The notes: generated by a model from the sequence alone, not told the origin. Positions 13,813 to 27,327 are shown, numbered from the whole stretch's first letter. The stretch: DNA of 63,998 bases, filler included, from Bonamia ostreae (GCA_040357525.1; 7 parts of 7 records of this genome joined end to end with filler, not necessarily neighbours in it); one strand, 5' to 3'. Program-made: numbers and translations.

Positions 13813-14889
13813 TCTATAAACCAAACGGTAATATTATTGATTGGGAATTTTCCGAATAATTAGCCGGATTGATTATTTTTGATACAGTTCCAAATAAATC
13901 AATAAAACATAATATTACTGGAATCAAGTGCGTTTGTTATATTTGAATATTTAACATATTTGAAGGATATTGAATGGTCTGCATAAAACGGCTAATTGTT
14001 GTAACGGCTTCTTTGCCTTTTCGGGAGAATTAATTATTGAACGGTTAATTATATTTTAACTACATTTTTTTGTAAATGTGGAAGATTATATTTTTATAAA
14101 TGTTACATTTTAGTATAAGATAATAGGGCCACACCTTAATTTGTATTTACGAATTGGCCAAAAAGCCATTTTACATTAAATTATAGATTTTCACATTTTA
14201 CATGATTTTTGTAATTTTATTGATTTAAAGATTTTAGAATATTTTATTTACACATTTGCACATCGTTCTGTGTTTTAGATTTTTAGAATATTTTAATTCT
14301 GCCTTTGTTGTATTTTCGTCGACTGGTTGCAGATTCATCCATTTGAACAATTAAGTTTTTTCCTCCAATCTTTTCTGAGCGAACTTTCTTCATATTTGTT
14401 TCAATTAAATAATCAAGTTTTTTCAGTCAGATCATTTTNNNNNNNNNNNNNNNNNNNNNNNNNNNNNNNNNNNNNNNNNNNNNNNNNNNNNNNNNNNNNN
14501 NNNNNNNNNNNNNNNNNNNNNNNNNNNNNNNNNNNNNNCTTTCTTCATATTTGTTTCAATTAAATAATCAAGTTTTTTCAGTCAGATCATTTTTTCGATC
14601 GTAAATTCTGAAGAGATATATTAGTTCGTCTTTGTCGCTTATTAAATTGTAAAAAGTAAGTGTGCTGATATCAGATGGAATAAAGAAACTTAATTTTGAA
14701 ACTTTTCAAATCAAATGGAATAATTATGTTTGTTGTTGTTATAATATCGAGATCAATAAAATTATAAAATTCATTTTTTAGATTTTTGAGATTTTATTTC
14801 TGTGTAAAATGTCCATTACATTTTTCCACATTTGTTCGTATATTGGACATTCCATTGTCTAGAGCAGAAATTTAAGGTTTTTTGGGAGG

Positions 14890-14968
14890 ACCTCGGTCAA
14901 ATTAGGAAAACGGGTTAACCTGCGTTTCTCGTCTTGACATCATTTTGGAAACGACAACAACGGGATTT
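14890..14968 (+). repeat. Dispersed repeat copy 3
   Basis: Shares two blocks with 6619-6690 and one with 11733-11763. Confidence 0.6.
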
Positions 14969-15072
14969 TAGAAGGTGCCCATGTGCTGGACAAGCAATAT
15001 TGTGTATACGAACAAAGTGTTTACAAATTAACATTGAGTCGCCATGAACAAATTGTTTATATTATTAAAAAT

Positions 15073-17542
15073 TTAAATTAGTTGGTCTAGACTGACCGGG
15101 CGCCAGGAATCGCTGATTTTGAGATAAGCGCAGTTGTTATTCAAATAGATCTGCTTCTTCCCAAAAAGAAAAATTTGCTTTCCGTCGAAAAGTTTATTTG
15201 GATATGGATAAAATTCCATGTCGTGTTCTTGTGCAAACGTTTGGACGATTTCTTTAAAACTAAAGTTTTCTCTTTCAAATCCCTTTGAATCGACGCCTCT
15301 AAAAACTTTCTTCGCGAATTTTTGGTGTTTTCGTGTGTTTTCAGTTTCGACTGATTTGTAATCTATTAGTTTCACGTTTTTGCTGTGTTCTAACATTAAC
15401 TGATCAAAATCGGGTAGCTCCATTTTAAGTGCGAAGCAGTGCATCATTTGCAGAGCCAAAAACATCTATCGTTAGAAAATGAAACGTTTTCGGCGAAGCG
15501 CTTCCTTTTCAAAGCAACGGGGGGAAGAGCTTTTTTCCAAGTCTGGTACCATTCTATCAATTCGACTGCACCGTTCCTGTCGTTTTTTAATTTTTTCAGC
15601 AAATGAAATAAAGCTGAAATCCATTTAGGGAAAAAATCGTTTTCGAAAATGTCGACGATCTTGTCAACTGGTATTAAATCTTGCCACTTTGAAATAAATT
15701 CGACTACGTCAATTTCTTGGGACAACTTGTCAATTTGCAATGAACTGACAGAATATTCGATTTTCGGCATTATTTTTTCTTCAACGATTGATCGCACTTT
15801 GTCGGGAATTAGCTCGGAAAACTCTAATAAAATCTCAAAGGATTCTTCGTTGTAGGGCAACCATTTGTCCATTTCCAAAGAAATCGAGTTTGCGGTCTAA
15901 TGATAAAATTAGATTACGTATTCAATCAAAATCTCTGTGGACTCCTTTGAACCGATCTTTGTCCAAGGCGACACTAGTTCTTTTAAAGAATCCTTATTTC
16001 CTTCAAAATTCCATGAAGAGACCAGCTGAACCAATTTCGGAGTAATCTTTATTATATAAAAAAATTATAGTCTCAAAAACAAAAAATTGCAAAAATCTTA
16101 AAGCTACTAAACAATTTGAGTAAACTCCGAAAATAAAAACAAAATTGGCGATTAACTGATCATAGAATTCGCTTGGAAGCGCGTTCTTAAATTCAGTCAA
16201 GAAGTCAACCATTTTGTTGTTTTCGTCCAAAACATTCCACTCCTTCGTAACGAAAAATCTCAATTTTGATCCGATCAATCTTTCGATTAATCGATCAAAG
16301 AGCACGTTTAATTTTGGCTTTTTATAGTGCAAAAGATTTTTTAGTGTTTCGAATATTCGTAAAATGACTTCATTTGATTTCTTCGGTTGCATTATAGTTA
16401 AAGTTCGAAATTTAAAGGGCATCCATTCGCGCTGAAAATAATCTGTCAACAATTCAAAGGAATGGTTGAAAACTACAGTTGCAACTCCAAAGGTTTCATA
16501 AAAGAATCTGAACTCGGATTCGATTTTTTCGAAAATACTCAAATAATTTGAAAATGCCTCGAAATCGAGTTTCGAGCTTTGTCGTATCGTTTCATATCGC
16601 TTCTGAGCCAATTCTATTTTGACTTCAAAGTCAATCAGAGATTTTTGTTTTTCAGTGTAATTTTTCTCGTTGAGACGAGATTGCCTCAATTTGTTTTCCA
16701 AAAAGTCGATGATTGTGTTTATTCTTGTCTTGTCTTCTTCGTTCTTCAAAATCGAAAGTTCAATGTTTTCGAGAGTTTTCTTTAGATTGAAACGCAATTC
16801 GGGTACTAAACCACTGTCATTGAAACCTAAAAATATTGAACTTTAATTTACCCCCGAAACTCTTTTTTAATTCCACGCGTTCGCCTTTTTGTGATTTTGT
16901 GTAGTCGAACATGACTCTGTCGACTTTTTTCATGTCTTTTTTCAATTCGAGCACTTCTTTATAAGAATAAATTTTTGACTTCATGCGCCCTTTGAGCCAA
17001 AGCCTTTCTTTGTTCCAATCAAAATCGTCTTCTTCTACGGAAAGTTTATCGATTTTCTCGAGTTTTGGTCTTTGGTCAATTCCGCCAAAATTGAGTCCTG
17101 GTCTGGACATATTTCCCTTTTTCGCAGATCTTATTTTGGGTATAATGGGGTTGACACGACCGGTTTCGTGCTTTCCGAGACGTCCCTTGAATCCAAATTT
17201 CTTCAGCATTTTCATTCCGAAACCGGTCGTGTGGTTTGAAAAGCGATTGAAATCTTTGTCGAAACGCGGCATGTTCTTTGTTGGAGTTGCGTTGTTAGCG
17301 TTTGAATCGGCAAAATTATTTGAGTTCGCCGTTTTCGCCGAACGGGCAAAAATTTCAGGCTTTTCAAAGTCTTCTTCTTTGAGTCGTTTTCCGGCTGTAA
17401 ATTTTACGTTTTTGTAGTTCTTTTTAAAATCGTTGCCGCCTAATATATCTGCGGCTAAAACTCCGTAGATAGCTTCATCTTTATTTCGTCGTTTTTTCTT
17501 TTTTTGCAGCAATTCTAGATCTGAACTGTCATCAGAGCTCAT
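15073..17542 (-). CDS. TFIP11: Tuftelin-interacting protein 11 / Ntr1, G-patch spliceosome disassembly factor
   Basis: N-terminal KDEAIYGV, G-patch GFGMKMLKKFGFKGRLGKHETGRVNPI, C-terminal SFKEIVQTFAQEH..DGKQIFLFG..WRPVSLDQL. Confidence 0.88.
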
Positions 17543-17912
17543 TGGTCTGAATCAGCTTTTTATATCTGGAACATTTAATATTACTTTTTAATTTCTAAAT
17601 TTAAGTTTAGACAAAATAATGTATGATATTTGACGATTCTAAAAATGCAAAATTTTTTTGAGTTAATAATTATTTTGTAAGTCATAAACCAAATATTAAC
17701 TATGTTTAAACATTATTTTGTATGAGTTAAATTTCTTTCGTCAGATCGTAACATTAACTATATAACATTTTCAGGTAAGAAACTAAGTCAAAATGACAAT
17801 GCCAAAATCAAAAAAATTTGATTTTGAAAAAATTGACGTATGTTAAAAACGTGAATCAAAAAAATTACAAATTAAAAAAAATTAAAAATTAAGAAATTTA
17901 CAATGTGCAAAA

Positions 17913-18439
17913 TCATTTATTCTTTGGAAAATATAGCGCTGAATATACACAAAGATGCGCATTAACAATCGAAATAAACGCTGAATTTAGGTAATAAAAC
18001 AATTAGTCGAGAACGCAAATCCGAAAAGCACCACTAATTTTGAGTTCGAGCTCATTTTCGAGCCAAGACCGTTTATCATCGAAAAATATTCCGTCCTTTA
18101 ATTTTAGCAAAGCAACTTTGGCAAAACGCGAAAAAAAGCAGAAAACAGTAAAATGATAGTCAGAACGGACAAAAGCACGAAGAATCTAAACAAATGCTTT
18201 GAATATCGCTTCAAATAAATTTTTAAGACTAAAGATTGCAGCATAAAAGAAGCCAAAAAAGACAAATCGGAGGACAAAGTGTTTGAAAACTGAATTAAGT
18301 AGATCGAAGTGAATAAAGTGTATACAAATTGCAGCACAAATTTTTTTGACGACTTCTTTTTTAACAAAACGAGTGTTTTGTAGTTGTTGGATATTTGCAT
18401 TCTATGTTGATGGTCGTTGCCTTTGCTAGTGGTCGCCAT
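17913..18439 (-). CDS. JAGN1: Jagunal-like ER membrane protein
   Basis: N-terminus GNDHQHRMQISNNYKTLVLLK resembles the jagunal GSDFQHRERVA.HY motif; hydrophobic helices; 21- and 20-nt introns. Confidence 0.6.
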
Positions 18440-18781
18440 TTTTAAAATTTAGTTTAAAAAAGTTTAGCCGATATTAGAACGCTATTTAAAAATTTTGACA
18501 ATGTTTCGCCATTTTGTACAATGTTTTGACAACATTCAATAATTTTGACATTTCTTACAATATTAACAAAAATCTATGAATAAATTAAAGTTCATTACTG
18601 ATAAAAGCAAAATTTGTAGCAATCGATTATAACAGAAAAGTACTTTTGTCTTAAAAACAAATTTTAAAAACAAATTTTAAATTTAGACCAAAATTTAAAA
18701 TTTAACAATTATTTTTTTATATACAAAATCTTTAATCTTTAAAGCGATTCTTGCGACTAATAAAAATCACTTATATTAAAA

Positions 18782-19122
18782 ATGCCAGATATTAACAAAC
18801 GCAATATTATTTATTATTTGGATCCAGAAATTGGTTAATTTAAAATTTAATAAAAAGGCGATCAATACTACGGCGACGGACATCCAATGAAACCACAACG
18901 CGTTAGACTTACGCACGAACTTGTCGTAGCTTACCAGCTTTATTCCCATTTAAACGTTTTTTAGTTGTAAAAAATGGCTTTCTCTAGATTTATAGACCCG
19001 AGCCATTGCCGGCTTCAGAAATGACCCGGTTTCATGGAAAAGGTTATATCGAGTTTTTGAGGAATGTCTCTGTCGATAAACGAGAAGAATTTCGAAACGC
19101 GTGCAATAAAGATCTCGGAAGG
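18782..19122 (+). CDS. Class I histone deacetylase (Rpd3/HDAC1-3 family), 5' part only; missed by ORF track
   Basis: Spliced YYLDPEIGDQYYGDGHPMKPQRVRLTHELVVAYQLYSHLNIYRP..EMTRFH..YIEFL; introns 18834-18857 and 18956-18987. Confidence 0.9.
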
Positions 19123-19244
19123 GTTTTATAAAATTGTTAATTAAACTTTTGTTAGTTATTTTTGCGAATATGTTAATTTTTGTACAAGTTTGTTGTTTTG
19201 TAATTATGTTTGGCAATAGTTAAAGTTTTGTACCTTTTTTGTAT

Positions 19245-19344
19245 NNNNNNNNNNNNNNNNNNNNNNNNNNNNNNNNNNNNNNNNNNNNTTAATTAATTAA
19301 NNNNNNNNNNNNNNNNNNNNNNNNNNNNNNNNNNNNNNNNNNNN
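19245..19344. other. Artificial contig-joining linker
   Basis: N-TTAATTAATTAA-N, 100 nt. Confidence 0.95.
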
Positions 19345-19618
19345 ACAAAGTAAATTAAATCATAACCAAGCATTCAATAATTATAAGCAAAAAAAATGAC
19401 ATATTATTAAAATGATGTATAAGAATACATCACAAAAAAGTGAACACATTAGCAAATCAACGATAATTTTATCAAACACATCTTCATAATGCAATAAAAA
19501 TCATAGCTAGATTCAATGCTGAATAGCCTCTTATTATCTCGGGACAAAAACAAATGCGATTAAATAATTTAGCAACAAAAAGATAAATGATTAATGACAA
19601 CAATTGAAGTAAAGAGAT

Positions 19619-22600
19619 TTATTTTTTACGGCAATCTTTGCAAATTTGTTTTTTGCTCAAAAAGGACCTCGGACGGCAACGCGAATGATAGGAAACGAAG
19701 CAACCAGAACATCTCTCCAATTTGCTTTTATTGCAAACCAAAGAAAACTTTGAAAGAACAGAACATTTCGCACAGAAATGTCTTTGACAGCGAAATCGTT
19801 TGCGCGACTGTGAACCGTAGAACGTTGTGTGCTCCAGCCGCAACTTTTCCGCGCAAATCGGGTGCAAACGCCTCCGACACCGTCTTTCCACGCACTCGAC
19901 TCTTTGGTACGCCTCGCCCTCTACTCTGTCGCCGCAGCGGCTGCAGCGACCCAAACAGCGAACGCAAACTCCCAGTTTCTGCGATCCTTCCAGTTTCCGC
20001 GCGCAATCTTCGCATTCCGCGAAAACCGATTTCCGGCTTTTCTCCGATTTTAAATTTTTCCCCGTTTTCCGGTTTTTCTCCGATTTTAAGTCTTTCCCGG
20101 TTTTCCGGTCACGTTTTCTCTTCTTTCTCGTCATCTCTTCTTTCTGTTCAAATCGACTCGTATTCATCTCGCTTTTCGCTTTTTCAGCGCGCAGCACCTT
20201 TTCCCAAAAGTCATCTGCTCTGACGTCGAGCGAGGCGTCTGCGTGGGCACTGGCGAAGGCCATTTTCTGCAGTTCGGATGGAGTCTCGCTTTCTGCGAGC
20301 ACGTGCGCGTTGCTGGCGAGCAGGGAGTCGATGTCCTTCTCGCAGAAGGTCTTTGCGGCTTCGCCGTCGTCGCGCAGGAAGCGGTACGCGCCGAAGCGCA
20401 GCATCTCGTCTAGGTGCTTCTGCTCGGAAACAGGGATCTTTCCATCTTCCCCCGGCTCCAGTTTCGTCAGAAACGCTTTGTCGAGGCCCAGCTTGACGCT
20501 CGCGCGCCTGAAAATCTCGCTTTCGTAGCTGTTTTTGGTGACCAGTCTGTACACCATCACCGGCCGCACCTGGCCGATCCGATGGCAACGCGCCTGCGCC
20601 TGCAAATCCTGCTGCGGGTTCCAGTCGGAGTCGAAGAGGACCACCGTGTCGGCCGCAGCCAGGTTGAGGCCTACTCCGCCTGCGCGCGTAGTCAACAAGA
20701 AGACGAAGCGCTCCGGGTCGGCGTCGAAGCGGTCAATAGCCTGCTGGCGCGCGGAGCCGACGACAGATCCGTCTATGCGCTCGAAACCGTAGCCTTTGAA
20801 GCGCAGGTACTCCTGCAGCACATCCAGGACGCGTGTCATTTGCGAAAACAGCAAGACGCGATGGCCTTCCGCCTTTAGTCGCGGCAGCAACTTGTCGAGG
20901 AAAACGAGTTTTCCGCTGGCTTCGACGCACCGCCGGAAGTATTCGCTGCGGTTGGCGCCAGCTGTTTCCTTCTCTTCGACGCCTTCGATTAGGAAGGGGT
21001 GGTTGCAGCACTTCCGAAGTTGCATTTCAATGTTGACGAGTTTGGGCAGGCGACCGCTGCCCGCTTCGAGGAGGAAAACTTTGTTCTTTTCGAAGATGGC
21101 GCGGTAGTACTTCTTTTGCAGAGTCGTCAGCTCGATGTCGACTACAGTTTCTTGTTTCAGTGGCAGTTTCCCGAGAACTGTTTCTTTGAATCTTCTGAGA
21201 ATCCTAGGATTCACTTTTTGTTGAAGCGCTCTGAGAAGGGCTGGAGTTGGTCTTTATCAGAATCCAAGAATATTTTTAATGTTGAAAATTAAATATTTTT
21301 AACATATCTAAAAATATTTTAAAAATATTTTTACAGAAAAAAGAAATGTTTTTAAAGAAAGAAAATATTTTCGCAGAACTAAAAATATTCTTACAAACGA
21401 AAAAATAATTTGCTCTAAAAAATATACGATTCCGAAGGAGCATCTTCGGCCAGAAACTCCAACGGCGAAAGGAAGTTCATCAGAGACCAAAGCTCGGCCA
21501 TGTTGTTTTGGATCGGAGTGCCCGTAAGCAAAAGTCTCTTCGTCGCGCCCAGAGAATTCAGCGCCTTTTTGAGCTTTGCGCCCTTATTTTTGAGTCGGTG
21601 GCCTTCGTCTACGACTAAAAGCTGTGGCAGTGCCGCCGATATCTCCATCGCGTCTTGCACGGCTATCTCGTAGGAGGTCACGAGCAGATCAAACTTGGCC
21701 GATCCATCCGCGGAGAAGAACTCCAGCTCGCGGATGCGGTCTCGTGCTCTGCGACCGCCGCCGCTGTCGTAGTAGACCAAAGTTCGCAGGTTCGACCAGT
21801 TTTCGGCTTCTCTGCGCCAATGGCCGATCGTAGACAGAGGGACCACCACGAAGAACGGCGCAGAACACAACGAGTTTTCCAGCAGAAACGACAGAAAGAC
21901 GACCGTCTGCACTGTTTTGCCGAGTCCCATCTCGTCTGCGAGAATGCAATTGCGGTTCTGGTAGAAGTTCCCAAGAAGCCAATTGACGCCTTCGACTTGA
22001 TAGTCGTGCAGTTTGCGGGAGTTGTCTGCGCATCGCGTGTCGCCGTCCATCGGGAGGAAAAGCCGTCCTCCTCTGAACGGCGCACGCGCTTCTTTGTTTT
22101 CGGAGCGAACGAGGTGGTAATCTCGGAACCGCTTCTTGTAGGTTTCTTCTATGTGTTCTGCGGGCTCCCACGTGGCTTGTTCGACTGACAGCCCTCCGCC
22201 CCAGACGACCAGATAGAATTCTCTATTTTGTCTGACTTCCCTCGAAATCAGCCGATCTACGCTGAGAAATTGCGGGTTGAAATGGTGGCTTTTCCCCCTT
22301 TATTTTGAAATTGATTTGAGAAATTTGCAATTATCGCGTTTATTCAATAATGCTGAAAGTGCTAAAATTGTCGTTTAAATCTGTAAAGATTTTTTACAAT
22401 AGCAATTTATTTAAAGTTTATTTATATGAGAGTTGGCAAATTTTGGACCGAGTTGCAATTTATTTAACAAAATTAACATTTCAATAAAAGGTTTTATAGT
22501 TTAGTTACTTAAATAAAATGTAAAATGGTTTCAACCAAAGTCGCTTATTCTCCGAAAGGACGAAATCTTTTTTGCGCTGAAAATTGCTTATTCTGGTTTC

Positions 22601-24077
22601 CGCTGAGCGAGGACCGAAAAAGCTGATTAATTGTTGCTTTGTCAGCCACACGCAGTTTCTATAGGAAATACCGTTCAGTTTCACCAAAAACTGTTCGACA
22701 ATGTTTTCTTCGCCACTCTCTTCTCCCGAAAAATCGTTTTCAAGTTCGTTTTGATCCGTTTTGAAAAGCAAATCTTCGAATTCATAAATTCGAGCAGCAA
22801 AACGCTCAACGTTTCCAGTTTCATCAACTTTTTCGTGTACTTTCTTCAGTTTATCGGTCAGTTTTGTTTTTCTGGTGGCAAGCAAACGGTCTATTTGAAA
22901 GCGCGCGGAGGCTTGTTTGTCCGCGGGATCTTCGAAATTCTCTTCGAAGTAACTAAATTTCTTCAAGTAACAACTTTATTTTCTCGACAGCTTCGAGTCG
23001 ATCACTCTTTCTGTTTCGAAAAACCTGATCATCTCGCGGCTCGAAGCTTTCCCCAGACGAACTCGAGTAAACATCGTTCCGCGGAAGTCTATTCTCTTTC
23101 CTCAATCTTTTTCGCTTTTTGGGAGGTCCCAGAGAGTTCCGTTCCACGATGAAATCCCCTTCTCGATAGCTTCTCCGACTTTGAGCCATCCTATCGCGCG
23201 TGAGAATGGCGCGCATGGCCATCATTTTGGCTCGCGCGTACAATCTGATGTACTGTTCTTTGCAGTCCTTCAGATAATAAAGTTGAACCTGTGAGTCCGA
23301 ATGGCGCTCGCGAATCGTTTTGGATTGCGCGCATTCTTTCCATCGAAAGCCGTTCGCCTTCACAAAAGCGATCAAGGCCCTCGATTCGTCTTCAGACCAC
23401 ATTTCGCCGCCCTTTTCCAGATCGTCTTCCGCACACAACTGCGCGAGATTGGTGTTGGACCGCGTCGATTTTCTACCGAACGCTCTATTTTCGCTCCTCT
23501 GAAAGCCTTTCGAGCCGGACCGTTCGCTTTCCACAGAATTCTGTTTGGTGCTTTGCAAGGCGAGAGACAATGTTTTAATTCCGCTTTCGAAAATGTCCCC
23601 GAATTTGTCTTTCTGCGAATCAGCGAATAGCCTCAGAGCAGCTGCGCGCGTTAAACAAGCCCATTCGTTCGGGTAAGTTTCCTGCCATTTGATTTCTTGC
23701 ACGGAGTGCGTCTGAATTTTTCGGAAGAACTTTCCGAGGTTCGACTTGTGGACTTCAATGTTTTTCCTGTGTTTGGCGACCGACATTTTTAGTTTTTCCA
23801 TCTTAGAGTTTTTTATTGCAACTTGGCGGTTGTGCGGATCTCCCGCGACCAAGGAAGTTTTGAGCGTCGTTACGCCCTCTTTCTCGCGTTCTAACTGGTT
23901 GGAAAAGTTTTCGAGAAAGTTCTTTTCGCGAAAGAGGAGGATTTTCTGTCTGAAGAGTTGCAAGCACGTTTTCTTCACTTCGAAATCAGTTTTTTCCAGA
24001 TCACCGCAGATCTCGTCGATAATGTTCTCAAACGCAGATCGGAGTCTTTTTGACTCCAATTTTTCGATATTGTCCAT
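19619..24077 (-). CDS. CHD-family (CHD6-9-like) SNF2 chromatin remodeller with Myb/SANT-like domain, two chromodomains and C-terminal Cys/His fingers
   Basis: ILADEMGLGKT, DEGH, LTGTPIQNN, LRKCCNHP, DSDWNPQQDLQAQARCHRIGQ; FNPQFLSVDR..YLVVW..ATWE chromodomain. Confidence 0.9.
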
Positions 24078-24125
24078 TGCCGCTAAAGTTGGCTTATTTA
24101 TGATAGATTTGTATAAAAGTTTTGT

Positions 24126-25061
24126 TTACAAAATGGCTGATTTATTTTTGCTGCTGATATTGATTCCCGGTTTTCTTTCAGGCTTTCGGTTCTGCTCGCG
24201 ATTTCTCTTGACTAATGGTGTCCGCTTCAGAATGGCGATTTTTTGGTATTCACGGTTTCTCTTGATTTGCTTCTTCATCGCCATGAAACAGTACTTGTAA
24301 AAGCTTTGCTGATTGCTGGATTATTTCTACAAAACTTTAGTGACTTCTGTAGACCGTCCAATCGTTTTGCCAATTCGGCGTTGCAATAATTCTGCTTCTG
24401 TTTGTAGTATTGGAGCATCTTTTGGTTCATTTTGACCAGTTTTCTTCTGTTGCGTTCGTTCGAGAAAACGTTTTTCTTCACAGCAACTTCTAAATTTCTG
24501 ATCAATCTGTTCAACGATTCCAACTTTGCGGGATTTTCTAAAATGATTCAAATTACCTCTATTTCCTTCCTTCACGAGATGTTCCATTTTTTCTACGAGT
24601 GTTTTCAGTTCCTTTATTATAGTCTGGAGCATAACATTGTCTTCAGTTAATTTTTCTTCGTTTCGACCCTTTCTTCCGAAAATCGCTTCGTTTTTGCACA
24701 CATTTGCATCTGTTGGGTTAATGTTAGGAGCCGAATATATCTGGTCTGGACAACAGGTTGAGTTTGTAGAGCAAATTTCGTCTCTTCGATCCAAGGAGCA
24801 ACTCTCCAGTATTTTCTCCTTCTTCTCTTCATTTCGAAGCCTTCTGATGTAACTGGACAACTTTTGACTAATCGGAGAAAAATCGTAAGATTTGCTCTGT
24901 TTTTGCCCTTTTTTAATGCGCTCCAACCTTTCCATCGAGTCAAAAATTTGATCGTAATCGTCGTCTCCAAAGTGTTTTGCAACCGAATAATATCTGTTCA
25001 TTGTAGCTTTTACTTTTCGGATATTGTTTTCGATATATTTATAACTTCTGATTATCCTCAT
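24126..25061 (-). CDS. Hypothetical coiled-coil protein (could be 5' exons of the CHD gene)
   Basis: ORFs joined by 19- and 20-nt introns; no in-phase splice into the CHD ORF found. Confidence 0.4.
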
Positions 25062-25507
25062 GGCTTGAAATATCTTAACACATTCCTCAAATTTTCTTCA
25101 AAACTTAAAAATGCTTATCAAATTTCCTTCAAATTCAAACTTAAAAAATCTTAATCTTTAATTTAAATAATAAATCTTGTTTAAGCTTATTCCTTTTAGA
25201 CCAACATTTTAAATTCAAACATATTTTTTTGGCTTGTTCCGAGTGGAAATCGGTTGACTGAAAGAAACATTGCAAGACCCTGCCCCGTTAAAATCATCTA
25301 TATCCCAAAAGTCCAGGAGGACAATAAAGAGCTTCAAATAAAAAATTTTATTTGAGACACTATAAAGTTTGTATATTTTGAACAACATATGATAAAATTA
25401 CTACAGAAACATCGAATTATATAAATATCTATTTATATAGATGTTTATATTGTACATCGTGCAAGGTATTTAAGTTAAATAAATATACATACATTGTTAC
25501 AATAATA

Positions 25508-26872
25508 TTACAATAGTTTCCGTAAGCGCTTCCTACCGGCCTTAAAAATTCTTAACCAGAACGGTGTTTTCCTAAATTTGTCTTTGTAAAGTACATATTC
25601 TCTAAAATTATAAAAATTTTTCAACTTTTCAATCTCATAATTTCTTTCTTTAGTTCTTTTTAAGATTCTCTTCAAATACGTATCCATAATTTTATTTTCT
25701 TTGTCTCTTTCTTTTAACCAATTGGTATATTTTTCATTTGTTACATAATTTCTAGGTTCTGCAAAATATGTCGTGTAATCTCCTCTATTATTTTTCTTTT
25801 TATATTGTGTTTTAATTATAAAACATTTTCTTCGACGACTAATAGAAAATTTTCACATTCTAATATCAAATCGCAATCCTTTTTTCTGTTTATCTTTATG
25901 TTCGCGCTAACTAATTCTACGAACTGAACAACGACATCTGGAGGAGTGAATATATTCGCTCTCATAAAAGTTACAAGCAGATCCAAACAAAGTGGTCCAT
26001 AAAGTCTGATGTTCCGCTTACTCAATTTATACATTTTTCTGTAATAATTTAGTTTCTTTTCGCTATGCCAAATACCATTCTGAACAAATGATTTTGTTAT
26101 TTTAATTGCCCCAATGCACACATCTTTATCTTTGCTTTTTAACATGCTACGTATCTTTGAATTTTGAAAAATTAAACATATTTTGTTAATACGATGATTT
26201 GTTCACGACTAGAGTTTCCTACTATAATCTGATCTATTATTCTATAAATCAAGACTTGCACATTAATACTATTTATATATATTGAGCCAAAATCTAACAT
26301 TTTATTCAAATGTTCAGTTTTCATACTCCTTTGATTAACAGAATTAAAACTTGAATCCATGTTCTAAATGCAAAAAGGCTTTAAGCGTATTCATTATGTT
26401 TTCTGCTTGCTTGTTTTTAAACTTGTACATAGGTATTTTTTCAAAAAAGATTTCTAGTAAAATTTCATGTGTGCAACTTGTGCGCGCTTTTATTTTAACA
26501 AATGAAGTTATGAGCTGTTCAATTATTTCTGATTTCGGAAATGCAAATAGAGTGTCCATAAGTACACATACAGTTCTTCTTTTATACACAATTTTATTAT
26601 TTCTCGAGAAAAGATATTTGTAAAATTTCCAAATGATTTTATGAGCCGATTTTAAATTATTTTTTATTATTTCTTTTTCTAAACTGTCAATAAATTGGTC
26701 AATGGGAGTTCTGCTAGAATTTTGGATTAAATTAGTTTTTGATTCGGGAATGTCTTATATGTTTATAATAAAAACAGGCCATTTGATGATGTAGCTGATG
26801 TTAATCGGATTAAAGTTAATTTATTTAAAAATCGATAATGTCTATATTATTACAATTAGTATTATCGATCAT
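25508..26872 (-). CDS. Hypothetical multi-exon helical protein
   Basis: Consecutive minus-strand ORFs 25816-26589 separated by short GTT..AG gaps; no family recognised. Confidence 0.4.
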
Positions 26873-27000
26873 TGTTCAAATGCAAAAATTTTTTAAATTT
26901 CAATAACTTTATTACAACTTAATTCGATCAACCCAAAATTTTTACAATTTACAATATGTTACTTTTTTTGCAATATCTTACATTTTCATATAAAACAAAA

Positions 27001-27327
27001 ATGCTCAGATTGGGATGCAAACGCTTAAGGCCAACAATAAGATTTAGAAGATCTTTTTCAGAGGAGCACCATGGTCTAAAAAAGAAACGGAATGAAAATT
27101 TGGAACGCTATGTCAGCGTGGAAGACAGAAAAGGCTTGATGCGAATCCTGAAAAAGATGCAGCAAAGGGCCGACCCTGTTATATTATAACTACACTTAAA
27201 GCACAGCCATGAAGAACGCCTCCACTTAAAAGACATCTTATTGCGACACAAAGTAGAACACACATCAGCACTTGAGAAAGATTTGCGGGAGTGGAGAGAA
27301 ACTATCCACACTTCGAAAGATAAATAA
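27001..27327 (+). CDS. Mitochondrial ATP synthase inhibitor IF1-like protein
   Basis: Arg-rich presequence MLRLGCKRLRPTIRFRRSFS, then ENLERYVSVEDRKGLMRILKKM..LKDILLRH..ALEKDLREWR after 24-nt intron 27178-27201. Confidence 0.6.

Noticed and set aside
14388-14594. Direct repeat flanking an N gap (also the 34-nt units at 6652-6739)
   Set aside because: Identical sequence at a scaffold gap is most likely unmerged overlap; copy number unreliable
19594-22188. Many long antisense or alternate-frame ORFs over CHD (also over PSMB7, Rpt5, RPS11)
   Set aside because: Shadow ORFs expected from GC-rich codon usage; no recognisable motifs
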